Source: Chiloscyllium plagiosum (Eukaryota). Taken from it: a stretch of 64,000 nucleotides of DNA. The position numbers and the translations under genes are program-made. Where the stretch lies: positions 11,976,679 to 12,040,678 of the forward strand of contig NC_057745.1 in NCBI RefSeq assembly GCF_004010195.1, given 5' to 3'. The notes under the pieces are model-generated. The model searched no databases. It saw only the letters and a program-made list of their open reading frames with translations, and was not told where the DNA came from. Below, one piece after another: positions 51,600-64,000 of this stretch (position 1 is its first letter; every line of letters begins with the position of its first letter).

Positions 51600-53850
51600 A
51601 CCCTCATCCATGCACTACTACTTCAGGCTTGAAGAAACTCACGCACACACAACATGGTGGCAGTGTTAGACCCTGCCACAACATACTGCACTGCACTGAC
51701 CAGCTCTAAGAGAGCTAAGAAAAATCAGTCTTAAGCTTTCGTGAAATAACTAGAAAAAAATTCATGGCCCATAAGACTGTAATTACTGATAACAGCAAAG
51801 TCCACATCGCTCATAGTAACATCCAACATTTAAAAAAATTCAAAGAATAACACAGAAAACATTTCAGACCTGACAGTGAGGCTACTATAGTGAAATTCAG
51901 AAGAGACTGGAATGTTGTAGGCAACACGAGGTCAGGTAAAGTTACCATAAACCCAGAGAGCCACTCTTCCACTAGAGAGACAGAAAGATGACTGATGGCG
52001 TTTGACCTGAGGGTCAACACACCTCAGGCAAGGTGAGAGGTTGAGAAGGAGAGCCCTTCATGGTAAGCTCAGCTGGTGCGGAAGTTGAACCCATATTATT
52101 GGCATCAATCCCCAATGCAAACCAACCATCTGGGCAAGTGAGTTAACCAGCCCCTGAGCTGTGGTCAGATTTATTAAGTCTTTACTCCAGAGAAAATCAT
52201 TCAGGTAGTGAGTAAAGCAGAGTTTTGGATGAAAAACAGATCAATTCTAAAAGGAGAGAATAAAACTTGGTACAGGAGCTCAATGGAATATCTTCATTGC
52301 CTAAGGTACAAACCACAAAGTAAAAAAACAAGAAAAGTCAATGCAGCAGATATCAGACACTAAAAGACATTGCCAATGCTGTGGACCAAAGAATCTTCAC
52401 ACAAACAGTGCCCAGTTTTAAAATATGACTGCTTGCATTGTGAGAAATGTGTCAAAGCAGGAAGTTGCCATAAAAAAGCAAAAGACCAAAGTAGTACCCA
52501 TACAAAGAGATAATTGAAGTGGAACAGTCTTTAGTAGAAAATAACCTGAAAGTTTGCTTAAGGGAAATCAGTGAACCAGCCCAAGTATTTGGCAGGCAGA
52601 TATTTATGTCAATGGGCATTTCACAAATGTCAAGTTAGACTCGGGAGCAAGTGTTACAATGTTATCAGATAGTGAGTTCCGGTTGACAAAATACTGCTTA
52701 CAGCCATAAGCAGCTCAGCTATATGGTTTGGAGAAATTATATTGAATGTTAAATGCTTGCTACAAGCTACTCTTCTACCTAGGGGACACCAAAAGATTAC
52801 ACGTAATTCACCACCAAGGATTTTCATGACTTAACAGAAGAATGGTATTGATCTCAAACTTACTCAGAAGTGAAAATATTATACACAAAATGTTAAGTCA
52901 AGTCAATATGAAATTATACTAGTCTTCAGAAACTCTCAGTGGAAATTAAACAAAAAAGTGAACCCTTAGGTTAGTTATGTTGGAATAATGAAAAGGTGAG
53001 ACTATTGTGGTATGGCTGAGATGTTTTCTCCGCTATCAAAACTGAATAGCGTTCTGACTCCAAGTGGCAACAACATTTGAGACTAAATCCAAGTGAAAAG
53101 GCAGCAACTGAATCATTTCCATCACTTGAGATGATGTGCAATGATAGACCAACAATCGAACCATCTGCAAGTAAATGAAGTCAGATTGCTACACTGAACA
53201 TTAAACAACTCTGCTCCAAACTAAAGCCTGTCGTTAGAAGCTGAGATAATTAGGAATGAAAAAGATCAAGCAAAATATCTGGCCTCTCCACTTTCCCAAA
53301 AATTAGTAAGGAGTATCACATCAAGCAAGAAGTAATCTCCAAGTAACAAAAATGTGGGAGTGAACATGATGGTTTCACCAATAACTTGATCATTGAGAAG
53401 GAAGGTAAAAGCCTGCAATATTCAAGTAATTAGAGTAATGTTTGGATATTTCAGCACAAGGCTATATGTGAAATAGGGAAAGCATTCCATTGACACTAAT
53501 GAAAAATGTGGTCCATATACAACGCTATACAACATCACTAACAAGAGATAAACCACATGCAAAGGTCCAACATCCTGCAAAGAAAATCAGCTTCTCTAGT
53601 AAGAACCACACAAGCAACTTCAAAAAGTCACTAATTTTTCATGAGAGAAATATAAAAAGTTAAAGACCCTCCAATTCAAGAAAGTATTAAAGATCTCAGA
53701 TCATCAGGATGAAAATCTAAGTCTACCATCTTATTACCATCAAATTACCATTATGCCAAGTCTGAAGAGAACACAGTTAGAATATTACTGAAATATTCAG
53801 ATCATCTGAATTTATAAAGTCAAAATCTTTGGGAGAGATGGGATCATGTG
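51600..53850 (+). mobile_element. Highly decayed Gypsy-like LTR element remnant
   Basis: Aspartic-protease motif 'NGHFTNVKLDSGASVT' at about 52611-52658; PBS-like tggtggcag at about 51655; PPT-like gggagagatg at about 53831; SINE-like insert about 51940-52155; boundaries uncertain. Confidence 0.55.
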
Positions 53851-55439
53851 AAATGTAAAACAATAATTGTACAAGGGAAAAAAGAATTGGGGAGGAGGAT
53901 TATAGGAGTCTGAAAAGATCTAAAAAGCTTAATGCGTGATTGAATGCAACAAGCACCACATAATTTGATGGCATCTTGAGAATTTGAACAGAGTAATGAA
54001 GGAGCCGGTAGTAACACAAGTCATATTCACATAACCGGTAAATAGTTGTAATAAAGTTTGTATTGTTTTCCCAGTAAGAATTTTCATGCCAAACCATTTA
54101 GGGGCTGAATGAACCCAAAGACTCAACACATTCCACTCTCAGTGCCTGTGCTGAGTGAATTTTAAAGTGTTAGTCCTCACTAGATATAAATTCTACTTTC
54201 TAAACTTTACAACTCTATATTTTCTTCAGTCTTAGTGTGGAATGCTCTGGTAGATTTCTTTGAAAGCGAAAAAGAACAGTCATTGAATTTTGATCCAAAT
54301 TTGCAAAACTTTTCTGAGTTTTTTAAAATTCATGCCAAACCATATTGTTTTGTTTTGAAACACTCTGACTCACATGAAAAGAGAAAGAACAAGATGAAAC
54401 TACACATTTATCATTAAACTGTGTGTAAGTGTGCCAGATCCTTGAATCATGTTAACAGTTAGAACATATCTCTTCACTCCAGTCAGTTAGCGTAAGCAAT
54501 AGAACTGTCTTCATGAAAGTCAATATTAACAGTTCCTGCTTCATGTTTGAGTAAATGGTTTTGCCAATATCACACTGTTGCTTATTGTGAAATCGCATTA
54601 TGACTGTAGCATCAAATTTTATGGAAAATTTTGAAATTCAGCAGTCAATCTCTAGTTCAAGAGATGTGTACACTAATTGTCAACAACATTAATATAACTA
54701 TGTCACATTATGTGAAGGCCATTTAAAGTATAAATGATTTGATGTGGTTTCAAATCCATTTTAACATTTAGACAAAGGAATTTGTCCACACAGTTGAACT
54801 ACATGAATATAAATTTACTTCAACAACACAATCCCCTCAAGCTGCTGAATTATGAAACTGCTGTGAAACCAGAGTTAGTGAGATGCATGAAAACATGAAG
54901 TGTCGAAAACCATATTAAACTCCAACACACTGCAGACAGATCAACAATGTATTTTATTTATGGGAAAAAGTGCATGTATTGTATTGAGTACCTCACTGTT
55001 ACAGTGTATAAATATTTATCATAATAATTCATCTTGCACTGTAAGTTCAAAAGAAGTATAGTAGTTACAAGTACATGAATCAAAAGAGTATATTCCAGAG
55101 ACAGCATACCTACAGCTATGCAAATTATAAACTGCACATGACATATAGCTAATGCCACAGTACATAAAGCCACAGAATATAATGCTGCAGTAACCAGACT
55201 ATCAACTTGAGCCAAGAATGATCAGTTTAAAAAAATGCTTACTATGTAAATATTCAAGTAAACAGCTCAAACCAAGTCATGCTGCAAAATGGTTTTGAGA
55301 AAAATGGCCTTACAAACCAAGCTTTATGGCTTTCATTCTATTGGGGATAGGGTGTTAGTGCTTCAATAAAGAGCAATATGAAATGAGATGGTAAAAACAC
55401 ATCAATGCAGGTTTACCATTTCTCAAATTTGATTTACAA

Positions 55440-56715
55440 ACATATGGAATAGGAGCAGAAGTCCACCATTTGGTCCCTGGGTCCTGTCCACTATTCAATA
55501 AGATCATGGCTGATCGGTCCGTGCTTTGAGTTCCACACTCCCTTCTGCCCCACTAATCTGTGATTCACTTGTGTAGCAGTATCCATCCATCTCCACTTTC
55601 AAAATGTTCAATGGCCCACCTTCCACCACCTTCTGCAGCAGAGAGTTCCAAAGTCACAGTCCTCTGACTGAATAAGACTTCTCTTCAAAAAACCAAAGAA
55701 CTGCAGATGCTGGAAATCAGAAACACAGAGAAACTGCTGGGAACACTCAGCAGGTCTGACAGCATCTGTGGAGAGAAAGCAGAGTTAACGTTTCGGGTCC
55801 AGTGACTCTTCTTCAGAACATTCTGAGATGCTGCCAGACTTGATGAGCTTTTCCAGGAATTTCTGGTTGTTTTTAAGATTTCTCTTCATCTCTGTTCAAA
55901 AGGGCAACCCTTAATTTTAAAACAGGACTCACCAACCAGCTGAACCATCCCCTCCACATTTACCTTGTTAACACTCTTCAGAATTTTATACACTCCAATC
56001 AAGTCACCTCTCACTCTTCAAAACTCTTCATAACAAGCCCAGTTTGTTCAACCATTCCTCATAACACAACCATTCTTTTCCCAGATGTCAATGTTGCAAA
56101 TGTTCTCTCTATCCCTTCAATGCTCTTACATCCTTCTTTAAATATGGAAAGCAAAACTGCACACAGTGTTCAAAATATGGACTCGAGTGATGGCCCGTTT
56201 GAATGAAGCATAATATTCTTACCTTGATGTTCAATTCCTCTCATAGAGGTTAGTATCCATTTCATCTTCTAATTACTTGCTCTAATTACATCACTCAGTA
56301 CCTGAGAATTCTGCTGTTGTTTTCTGTTGTGCCTGCCAAAGTGAACATTTCACATTTTTCCACATTACACTCCAACTCCAGACTCAACCTATCGATACCT
56401 GTTTGCATCCTCTTTTTGCCCTCTTCACAATATGTTTTCCAACCTATATCTGCAAACTTAGCTACCACTTAACTTCACTCCCCTCATCTAAGTTGTTGAT
56501 GTGAATTGTAAAATGCTAAGAACCCTGAACAGACCCGTACAGAATTCCACTCCTCACTTCTTGCCGATCAGAGAAAAACGCTCATTAATCCATTTGCACA
56601 GTTTTCTGTCAGCCAGACAACTTTCTGTGTTAATATGTTACCTCCTACTCATACTTTGCTCATTGACATTTTATGTGGTGGCTTCTGAAACTTTAAGTAC
56701 TGAACATAAATAAAT
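55440..56715 (-). mobile_element. Old CR1 3' portion
   Basis: CR1 tail ggaataggagcagaag..ccatt...attcaataagatcatggctgatc; RT remnant; abuts LTR at 56722. Confidence 0.75.
55688..55873. mobile_element. PLE-derived fold-back element with CUGAAGA hammerhead (55787-55816, minus)
   Basis: CTGAAGAAGAGTCACTGGACCCGAAACGTT; inverted partial arm; 15-bp TSD taaga(c/t)ttctcttca. Confidence 0.8.
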
Positions 56716-56721
56716 TCCCCT

Positions 56722-59219
56722 TGTTATGGACTCCCTCAAAACATTTCAAGAAAGTAGCCCAGACCCTAACTTTGTTAGTTGTTTTAGGCTGGTGTAACAG
56801 GGATATTCCAGGAGAGATGCAGCTGGTCAAATCACTTAGTTTTGAACAAAACAGAATTTATTTACAAGATTATTGAATGAAACACAAACAAAAGAGAAGA
56901 GAATACTAAGTAACGTAACCTATCCAAAAACCAACAGATCATCCCAACTTAATGATGCTGTTCCAAATACTTGTAACAATCTCCCTTTCCACAAAAGGTA
57001 AAACCAAACACAGCATCTTACAGGAAAGATGTCAGAGAGAGAGAGAGGATCAGCCTGGACCTGCTTCTCTTGAGCCCAGCAGCTTCCCAATACCACTGAC
57101 TGACTGCCAAAACCAAACCAGAGAAAAGCTGAGCTGGGAGAATCAGCTGCTCCATTTTAATTGTAGAAGATTTTTTCTTAAATCTTGAAAGCCGTTTTCT
57201 TGAGGCAGTATCTGTTAGCTATAAACAAATTGGCCCTAAAACCCTTCCAAGTGCAGACTTTCAGAGTCTGTGTCTTTTACGACCTCCTGAAAAAAAAGCC
57301 AAGGACACTATAAGTTTGTTAAAGGAGCAACACTTCCCCCCCTTAAAAGTAATGAACAATCAAAATCCAAAGATGATTTTTTTCTTAATTGTTAAGTGTT
57401 ACTACTTGACAACACACATATATATTATATTGACTATAAACGTGTAAACATGCACAACTACATTCTGTTTTAGTCTGTTTTACTCCTGCCACCAACACCT
57501 CCTGTCTCTCATTCGAGTTTCAACAATGCGTCGACAATCACATTTGCTCATCCTGCCACATGCACAATTTTCAAATTGAACAGCTGAAACAACAAGCACC
57601 ATCTAAACAGTCTGGCATTTTTGACCTTACATTTTTCCACAATCTTCAATGGGCTATGGTCAGTGTGTTTGATTGTCTGAGATATGTTGCTGGTAACATA
57701 AACATTGAAATGCTGTAACGCTAACACCAAGCTCAAAGTCTCCTTCTCAACTCTCAAATATTTCTGCTGATGAATGTTCAATTTCCTGGACAAATATCAG
57801 ATAGGTCTTTTTATCTTCTCGTCATCTTCCTGCAAGAGTACAGCACCGACACCCACACCCACATCACTAGCATCGATAGCCATTTTGCATGACTTTGCAT
57901 AATTATGTATGGCTAATACTGGGGCAGTGGTTAACACAGCTTTCAGACTGTCAAATGCCTTCTGACAATCTGCTGTCCACTGAAACTTTTTGCCTTTCTT
58001 TAGCAATTCAGTGGGTAGAGCAGTCAGACTGCTAAAATTTGGTCCGAATTTTCGATAAAACCCACTCAATCCCAGGAATCATAGTACTGCTCTTTTTGTT
58101 GATCATATGGGAAATTCACAACTACCTTTGTTTTTGCATCCCATGGGGCCATTTGTCCATCTCTAATAACATGGCCCAAGAAGGTGACTTGGACTTTCGC
58201 AAATCACGTTTTACCAGGTTTATCACCAAACCTGCCTCCCGAAGTCGATCGAACAAGTCTAATAAATATTGTAAATGTTCCTTCCATGTGTGTGACTAAA
58301 AATCACCAGGTCATCAATGTATATGACACAATTGGGCAATCCAACAATGACCTCATTGATTAGTCTCTGAAATGTGGATGAAGCATTTTTCATACCAAAT
58401 GGCATGACTTTAAACTGATATCATCCATTTGGCATTACAAAAGCCAAAATTGCCTTCACTCTTTCTGACACAGTTACCTGCCAGAATCCTCTGAGCAAGT
58501 CCAACTTAGAAATATAAGCTCCTTGTCCCACCTTTTCAACACAGCCTTCCAAACGCGGAATCAAATATGCATCAGTCATTGTAACTGCATTGACTTTGCG
58601 ATGGTCCACACACAACCTTTAGGCACCTTTTGGTTTTGGCACCATTACTATGGGTGAGCTCTAGTCACTGTCGGCATTCAATCTCCTTTTGATCCTGTGC
58701 CAATTTTAGATGGTTATATCTATAAGGATGTTGCTTCATCGGCACAGCATCGCCTATATCTACATTGTGCATAATTAGGTTAGTACTTCCCAGTTTATTT
58801 CTACGTAGCTCCCCATGTGATAGTAATAACTCTTTCAGGTCATTTTGGTTTTCCTCTGAAAGATAACTCAATAATTTATCCCAATTTTTCACAAATTCGT
58901 CATTGTCCAATTTAATTTGAAGAATGTCCAATTCAGAATTGATTCTTCCCTCTGTGTCGTAACCAATAACACATTCGCCTCCTGCTTTCCTTCACTGTCA
59001 AAATAGCCTCTGAGCATATTCACATGACACACTCTGCGAGGTTTCTTTCTGTCTGGAGTCCTTATCAAATAGTTTACCTCACTCAATTTCCTTTTGACTT
59101 GATAAGGTCCAGTAAACCTGGCTTTTAAAGGTTCACCTATCACTGGAAATAACACTAACACTTTATTTCCAAAAGCAAACTTGTGAGTTTTTGATTTCCT
59201 GTCTGCTTCCTGTTTCATG
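56722..59219 (-). mobile_element. 5'-truncated Gmr1-type Ty3/Gypsy element (3' LTR 56722-57332)
   Basis: Minus order: integrase C-terminus (PLKARFTGPYQV...CHVNML), RT (CVDHRKVNAVT..DAY.IPR, SKLDLLRGFWQV), RNase H (AIDASDVG, EKETLSLVLALQHF); PPT 57333-57344; LTR TG..CA. Confidence 0.88.
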
Positions 59220-62200
59220 AGGAAAAGGGTTATGGATAGGATGAGTCAGCTGACCACGGCATCATGGTGCAGAAGGCCACTCAAGGAGGGGAGCAAAAAG
59301 ACAAGTAGTTGTTATAGGGGATTCTATAATTAGGGGGACAGATAGTATCCTTTGCGAACTGGATCAGGAGTCCCGCATGGTGTGTTGCCTGCCTGGTGCC
59401 AGGGTGCAGGACATCTCTGACCAGCTTGAAAGGATATTGGAGCAGGAGGGAGAGGTTCCAGTTGTTGTGGTCCACATTGGCACAAACACTATAGGCAAGG
59501 CGAGGAAGGAGGACCTGTTTGGGGAGTATCAAGCACTAGGAAGGAAATTGAAGAACAGGTCCTTGAGGGTCATAATCTCTGGATTACTACCCAAGCCAAA
59601 TGCTAATTGGCACAGGGATAAGAAAGTTAGGGAAGTAAACACGTGGCTAAGTGATTTGTGTGGGAAAGAGGGATTCCATTTCATGGGACATTGGCATCAG
59701 TTTTGGAACTGGAGGGATTTGTACCGATGGAACGGTCTTCACCTGAACCGATCTGGAACCAGTATTCTGACGAAAAGGATAAATACGGTGGTCACTAGGA
59801 CTTTAAACTTGTGAGTCGGGAAGAAGGGAAAGGGAAAGCAACAGGGAGTGTGGAATCAAGTAGAAAGATAAGCAGCATGAGAGTATGGAGTCAAGTAGAA
59901 AGATAAGCAGCAGGTAAGCATGTGTGCAGCGTTTAAGTTCAAGACAAGCTAGGAATGAAGCAAAAGGCAAGGATAACTTAGGATATACTACGAGAGGTGA
60001 TGGAAATAATGAGGATAAGAAAATTAGCATTAAGGTGCTTTACCTGAATGCTCGTAGTATTCATAACAAAGTAGATGAATTAACAGCAGAGATCATCGTG
60101 AAGATGATGTGGAGTCTGTGTGGATGGAGTTGAGGAACCACAAAGGCAAAAAAACCATAATGGGAGTTATGTACAGACCTCCCAGCAGTGGTCAGGATCA
60201 GGGGCGCAAGATGTACCAGGAAATAGATAGGGCATGTCAGAAAGGCAGGGTCACAGTGATTATGGGGTTCTCAATATGCACAGAGATTGGGTGAATAATG
60301 TTGCCGGTGGATCCAAAGAAAGGGAATTCATGGAATGCTTTCAGGATGGCTTTTTGGAACAGCTGTAATGGAGCCCACAAGGGAGCAGGCTATTCTGGAC
60401 TTAGTGTTATGTAATGAACCCAACTTTATAAAAGATCTTAAAGTAAGGGAACACTTAGGAGGCAGCAATCATAATATGGTAGAGTTCAGTCTGCAGTTTG
60501 AACGAGAGAAGGCCAAATCAGATGTAATGGTGTTACAATTTAATAAAGGTAATTACAGGGGCAAGGGAGAGGAACTGACGAAAATTGACTGGAAGCAGAG
60601 CCTAGTGGGGAAGACAGTAGAGCAACAATGGCAGGAGTTTCTGGGTGTAACTGAGGACACAGTATGGAGGTTCATCCCAGTGTAACTGAGGACACAGTAT
60701 GGAGGTTCATCCCAAAGAAAAGAAAGATTATCCGATGGGGGATTAGAGAGCCATGGCTGACAAAGGAAGTCAGGAAATGTATCATAGAAAAAGAGAGAGC
60801 CTATAAACATTGGAAATCAGAAGATTGGGAAGACTACAAAAACAAACAGAGGATAACAAACAGAGAAATAATGAAGGACAGGATCAAGTATGAAGGTAAG
60901 CTGGTCAGTAATATTAGAAACGATAGTAAAAGTTTCTTTCAATACATAAGAAACAAACGAGAGGCAAAAGTAGAAATTGGGCCATTCCAAATTGATGCAG
61001 GAAGGCTAGTGATAGGAGATAAGAAAATAGCTGAAGAAATTAATAAATACTTTGTGTCAGGCTTCACAGTGGAAGACATGAACAATATCCCAACAATTAA
61101 GGAGAGTCAGAGGGCAGAGTTGAGTATGTTAGCCATTACAAAAGAGAAAGTGCTAGAAAAGCTAAAAGGACTAAAAATTGGCCCCATTTGGAGTACTGTG
61201 TCCCGTTTTGGTCCCCACACCTCAGGAAGGACATACTGTGACTGGAGCGTGTCCAGCGGAGATTCACACGGATGATCACTGGAATGGTAGGTCTAACATA
61301 TGAGGAACGGTTGAGGATCCTGGGATTGTATTCATTGGAGTTTAGAGATTAAGGGGAGATCTAATAGAAACTTACAAGATAATACATGGCTTGGAGAGGG
61401 TGGACGCTAGGAAATTGTTTCCGTTAGGCGAGGAGACTAGGACCCGTGGACACAGCCTTAGAATTAGAGGGGGAAAATTCAGAACAGAAATGCGGAGACA
61501 TTTCTTCAGCCAGAGAGTGGTGGTCCTGTGGAATTCATTGCCGCAGAGTGCAGTGGAGGCTGGGACGCTAAATGTCTTCAAGGCAGAAATTGATAAATTC
61601 TTGATGTCACAAGGAATTAAGGGCTACGGGGAGAATGCGGGTAAGTGGAGTTGAAATGCCCATCAGCCATGATTGAATGGCGGAGTGGACTCGATGGGCC
61701 GAATGGCCTTACTTCCGCTCCTATGTCGTATTGTCTTATGGTCTTAAATTAATAAATCTCCTGGCCCCGATGGGCTACATCCTAAAGTTCTGAGGGAGGT
61801 GGCTGAACAAGTAGTGGAGGCATTGGGTGTAATCTTTCAAAAATCACTAGAGTCAGGGATAGTCCCAGATGATTGGAAAATTGCTGTTGTAACCCCCTTG
61901 GTCAAGAAAGGATCAAGACAAAAATGAAAAATTATAGGCCGATTAGCCTAATCTCGGTTGTAGTTAAAATTCTAGAATCCATCGTTAAGAATGAGATTTC
62001 TAAAGTCTTGGAAGTGCAGGATTGGATTAGAACAAGTCAGCATGGATTTAGTAAGGGGAGGTCAGGCCTGACAAACCTGTTAGAATTCTTTGAAGAGGAA
62101 GCAGGTAGGTTAGACCAGTGAAACCCAGAGGATGTTATGTATCTAAACCTCCAAAAGGCCTTTGATAAGGTGCCTCATGGGGTGCTGCTGAGTAAGGTCA

Positions 62201-63288
62201 GGGCTTGTGGTGTTTGGGGTGAGCTACCAGCATGGATTGAGGATTGGCTGTCTGACAGAAGGCAGAGAGTTGGGATAAAAGGTTCTTTTTCGGCAGGGTT
62301 CAGTGTTGGGGCCCCAGCTGTTCACTTTATATATTAATGATCTGGATGAAGGGACTGAGGGGCATTCTGGCGAAGTTCGCCGATGATACGAAGTTAAGGG
62401 GACAGGCAGGTAGTACTGAAGAGGTGGGGAGGCTGCAGAAAGATTTAGACAGTTTAGGAGAGTGTCCAGGAAATGGCTGATGAAATTCAATGTGAGCAAA
62501 TGCGAGGTCTCGCACTTCGGAAAAAAGAATACAGGCATGGACTATTTTCTAAATGGTGAGAAAATTCATAAAGGCAAAGTACAAAGGGATCTGGGAGTGC
62601 CAGTTCAGGATTCTCTAAAGATTGACTTGCAGGTTGAGTCCGTGGTTAAGAAACCAAATGTAATGTTGTCATTTATCTCAAGAGGGTTGTCATGTATAAG
62701 CAGTGATGTGCTACTGAGACAGAAGTTCTGGTTAGGCCCCATTTGGAGTACTGTGTCCAGTTTTGGGTCCCACACCTCAGGAAGGACATACTGGCACTGG
62801 AGCGTGTCCAGCAGAGATTCACACAGATGATCCCTGGAATGGTAGGCCTAATATACGATGAACATCTGAGGATCCTGGATTTGTATTAATTAGAGTTTAG
62901 AAGGTTGAGGGGAGATCTAATAGAAACCTACAAGATAATGCATGGCTTAGCAAGGGTGGATGCTGGGAAAACTGTTTCCGAAAGGAGGGGATACTAGGAC
63001 TCGTGGGCACAGCCTTAGAATTACAGGGGGTCAATTAAGAACGGAAATGAGGAGACATTTCTTCAGTCAGAGTGGTGGGCCCGCGGAATTCATTGCCACG
63101 GAGCATGGTGGAGGCCGGGATGTTAAATGTCTGCAAGGCAGTGATTGATAAATTCTTAATCTGTCAAGGAATGAAGGGCTACGGGGAGAGTGCAGGTAAG
63201 TGGCATTGAAATGTCCATCAGCCATGATTGAGTGCCGGAGTGGACTCGATGGGCTGAATGGCCTTACTTCCACTCCTATGTTTTATGG
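59220..63288 (+). mobile_element. Near-complete, 5'-truncated CR1 LINE: ORF1 SGNH esterase, ORF2 endonuclease + RT (disrupted)
   Basis: ORF1 'VIGDSII...VCCLPGARVQD...VVVHIGTN...GLHLNRSG'; ORF2 'YLNARSIHNKVDEL', 'NYRPISLISVV.KILESI', 'AFDKVPH', KFADD; CR1 tail. Confidence 0.93.
61181..61745 (+). mobile_element. CR1 3' fragment nested within same-family CR1
   Basis: Near copy of about 62735-63288 with own tail; host reads ...ctaaaaattg / aaattaataaatctcctggccccgatgg (KSPGPDG motif) across it. Confidence 0.88.
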
Positions 63289-63307
63289 TGTAGTTGGGGT
63301 CATTTCA

Positions 63308-63562
63308 TGGTGGCTCAGTAGGACCTGGGTTCAATTCCAGCCCTGGACGACTGTATATGTGGAGTTTGCACATTCTCCCCGTGTCTGCATGGGTTTCCTC
63401 TGGGTGCTCCGGTTTCCTCCCACAGTCCAAAGATGTGCAGGTCAGGTGAAATGGCCATGCTAAATTGCCCATAGTGTTAGGTACATTAGTCGGGGGTAAA
63501 TGTCGGGTAGGGGAATGGGTCCGGGTGGGTTACTCTTCGGAGGGTCAGTGTGGAGTTGGGGC
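63308..63562 (+). mobile_element. HE1-type SINE
   Basis: Partly deleted head plus conserved central domain. Confidence 0.85.
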
Positions 63563-63723
63563 CTGAAACCTAATCTAATTCCAACTGGCTGGGAGTGCTC
63601 TCTGAATCCACATGGTTTTGTTTATAGCCTTGTATTCCTGGGCTTCACTATAAATCTCTAACTGTGACAGTAGCATAGTGATAATATCACTAGGTTAGTG
63701 ACATAGGGACTTAGACTAATAGG

Positions 63724-64000
63724 TAAAACAGAAATTGCTGGATAAACTTATCAGGTCTGGCAGTATCTGTGGAGAGAAAAACAGAGTTAACATTTCCCCT
63801 TCCAGTTGCCATCTGCTTTAATTCCCCCTCCCACTCCCCTGGCAACATGCCCATCCTTGGCCTCCTTCTCTGTCAGTGAGGCCAAATGGAAACTGAGACC
63901 AACCTTATATTTTGCCTGGGGAGCTTACAGCCTAATGGTGTCAACATTGACTTCACCAGCTTCAGAATCCCTCCACTTCCAGCCTTATCCCATGTCCAGC
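63724..64000. mobile_element. PLE fragment: inverted terminus joined to plus-strand ORF C-terminus
   Basis: aaaacagaaattgctgg...gagttaacattt then 'LGSLQPNGVNIDF' remnant; runs off the window end. Confidence 0.7.

Noticed and set aside
53900-54097. ORF containing 'EYDL' as the upstream AGBL1 exon
   Set aside because: Lacks the expected QWFYF / FNIINCEK / QFNY motifs; chance match
1-64000. Most ORFs in the six-frame track as genes
   Set aside because: Short, overlapping, and lying in SINE/LINE/PLE/LTR remnants or lacking recognisable motifs; only the exon C portion of 26740-27003 is host coding sequence
1-64000. CRISPR array or prokaryotic operon/defence system
   Set aside because: Sequence is vertebrate intronic DNA; no regularly spaced repeat-spacer array or dense ORFs

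Overview
Eukaryotic, repeat-dense, AT-rich genomic DNA from a cartilaginous fish, most likely a shark (HE1-type SINEs, CR1/L2 LINEs, DeuSINE-like and Penelope-derived repeats). The window lies inside one large minus-strand gene, a cytosolic carboxypeptidase of the M14 CCP family best matching AGBL1/CCP4. Four phase-compatible coding exons are visible (50538-50625, 28597-28741, 26763-26913, 20475-20655), including the HPGE zinc motif; I found neither flanking exon, so they probably lie outside the window. The introns contain a degenerate two-LTR Gypsy element, a truncated Gmr1-type Gypsy (integrase before RT), a long CR1 with an SGNH-esterase ORF1, many SINEs and a decayed 28S rRNA fragment. 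The most notable pattern is a set of at least ten short Penelope-derived insertions from about four sequence families. Many are fold-back palindromes with 10-15 bp target-site duplications (TSDs) and minimal hammerhead-ribozyme cores. Exon boundaries were counted by hand; most repeat boundaries are approximate and family names come from recognition, not database searches. Nearly all ORFs in the supplied track are spurious or repeat-derived.
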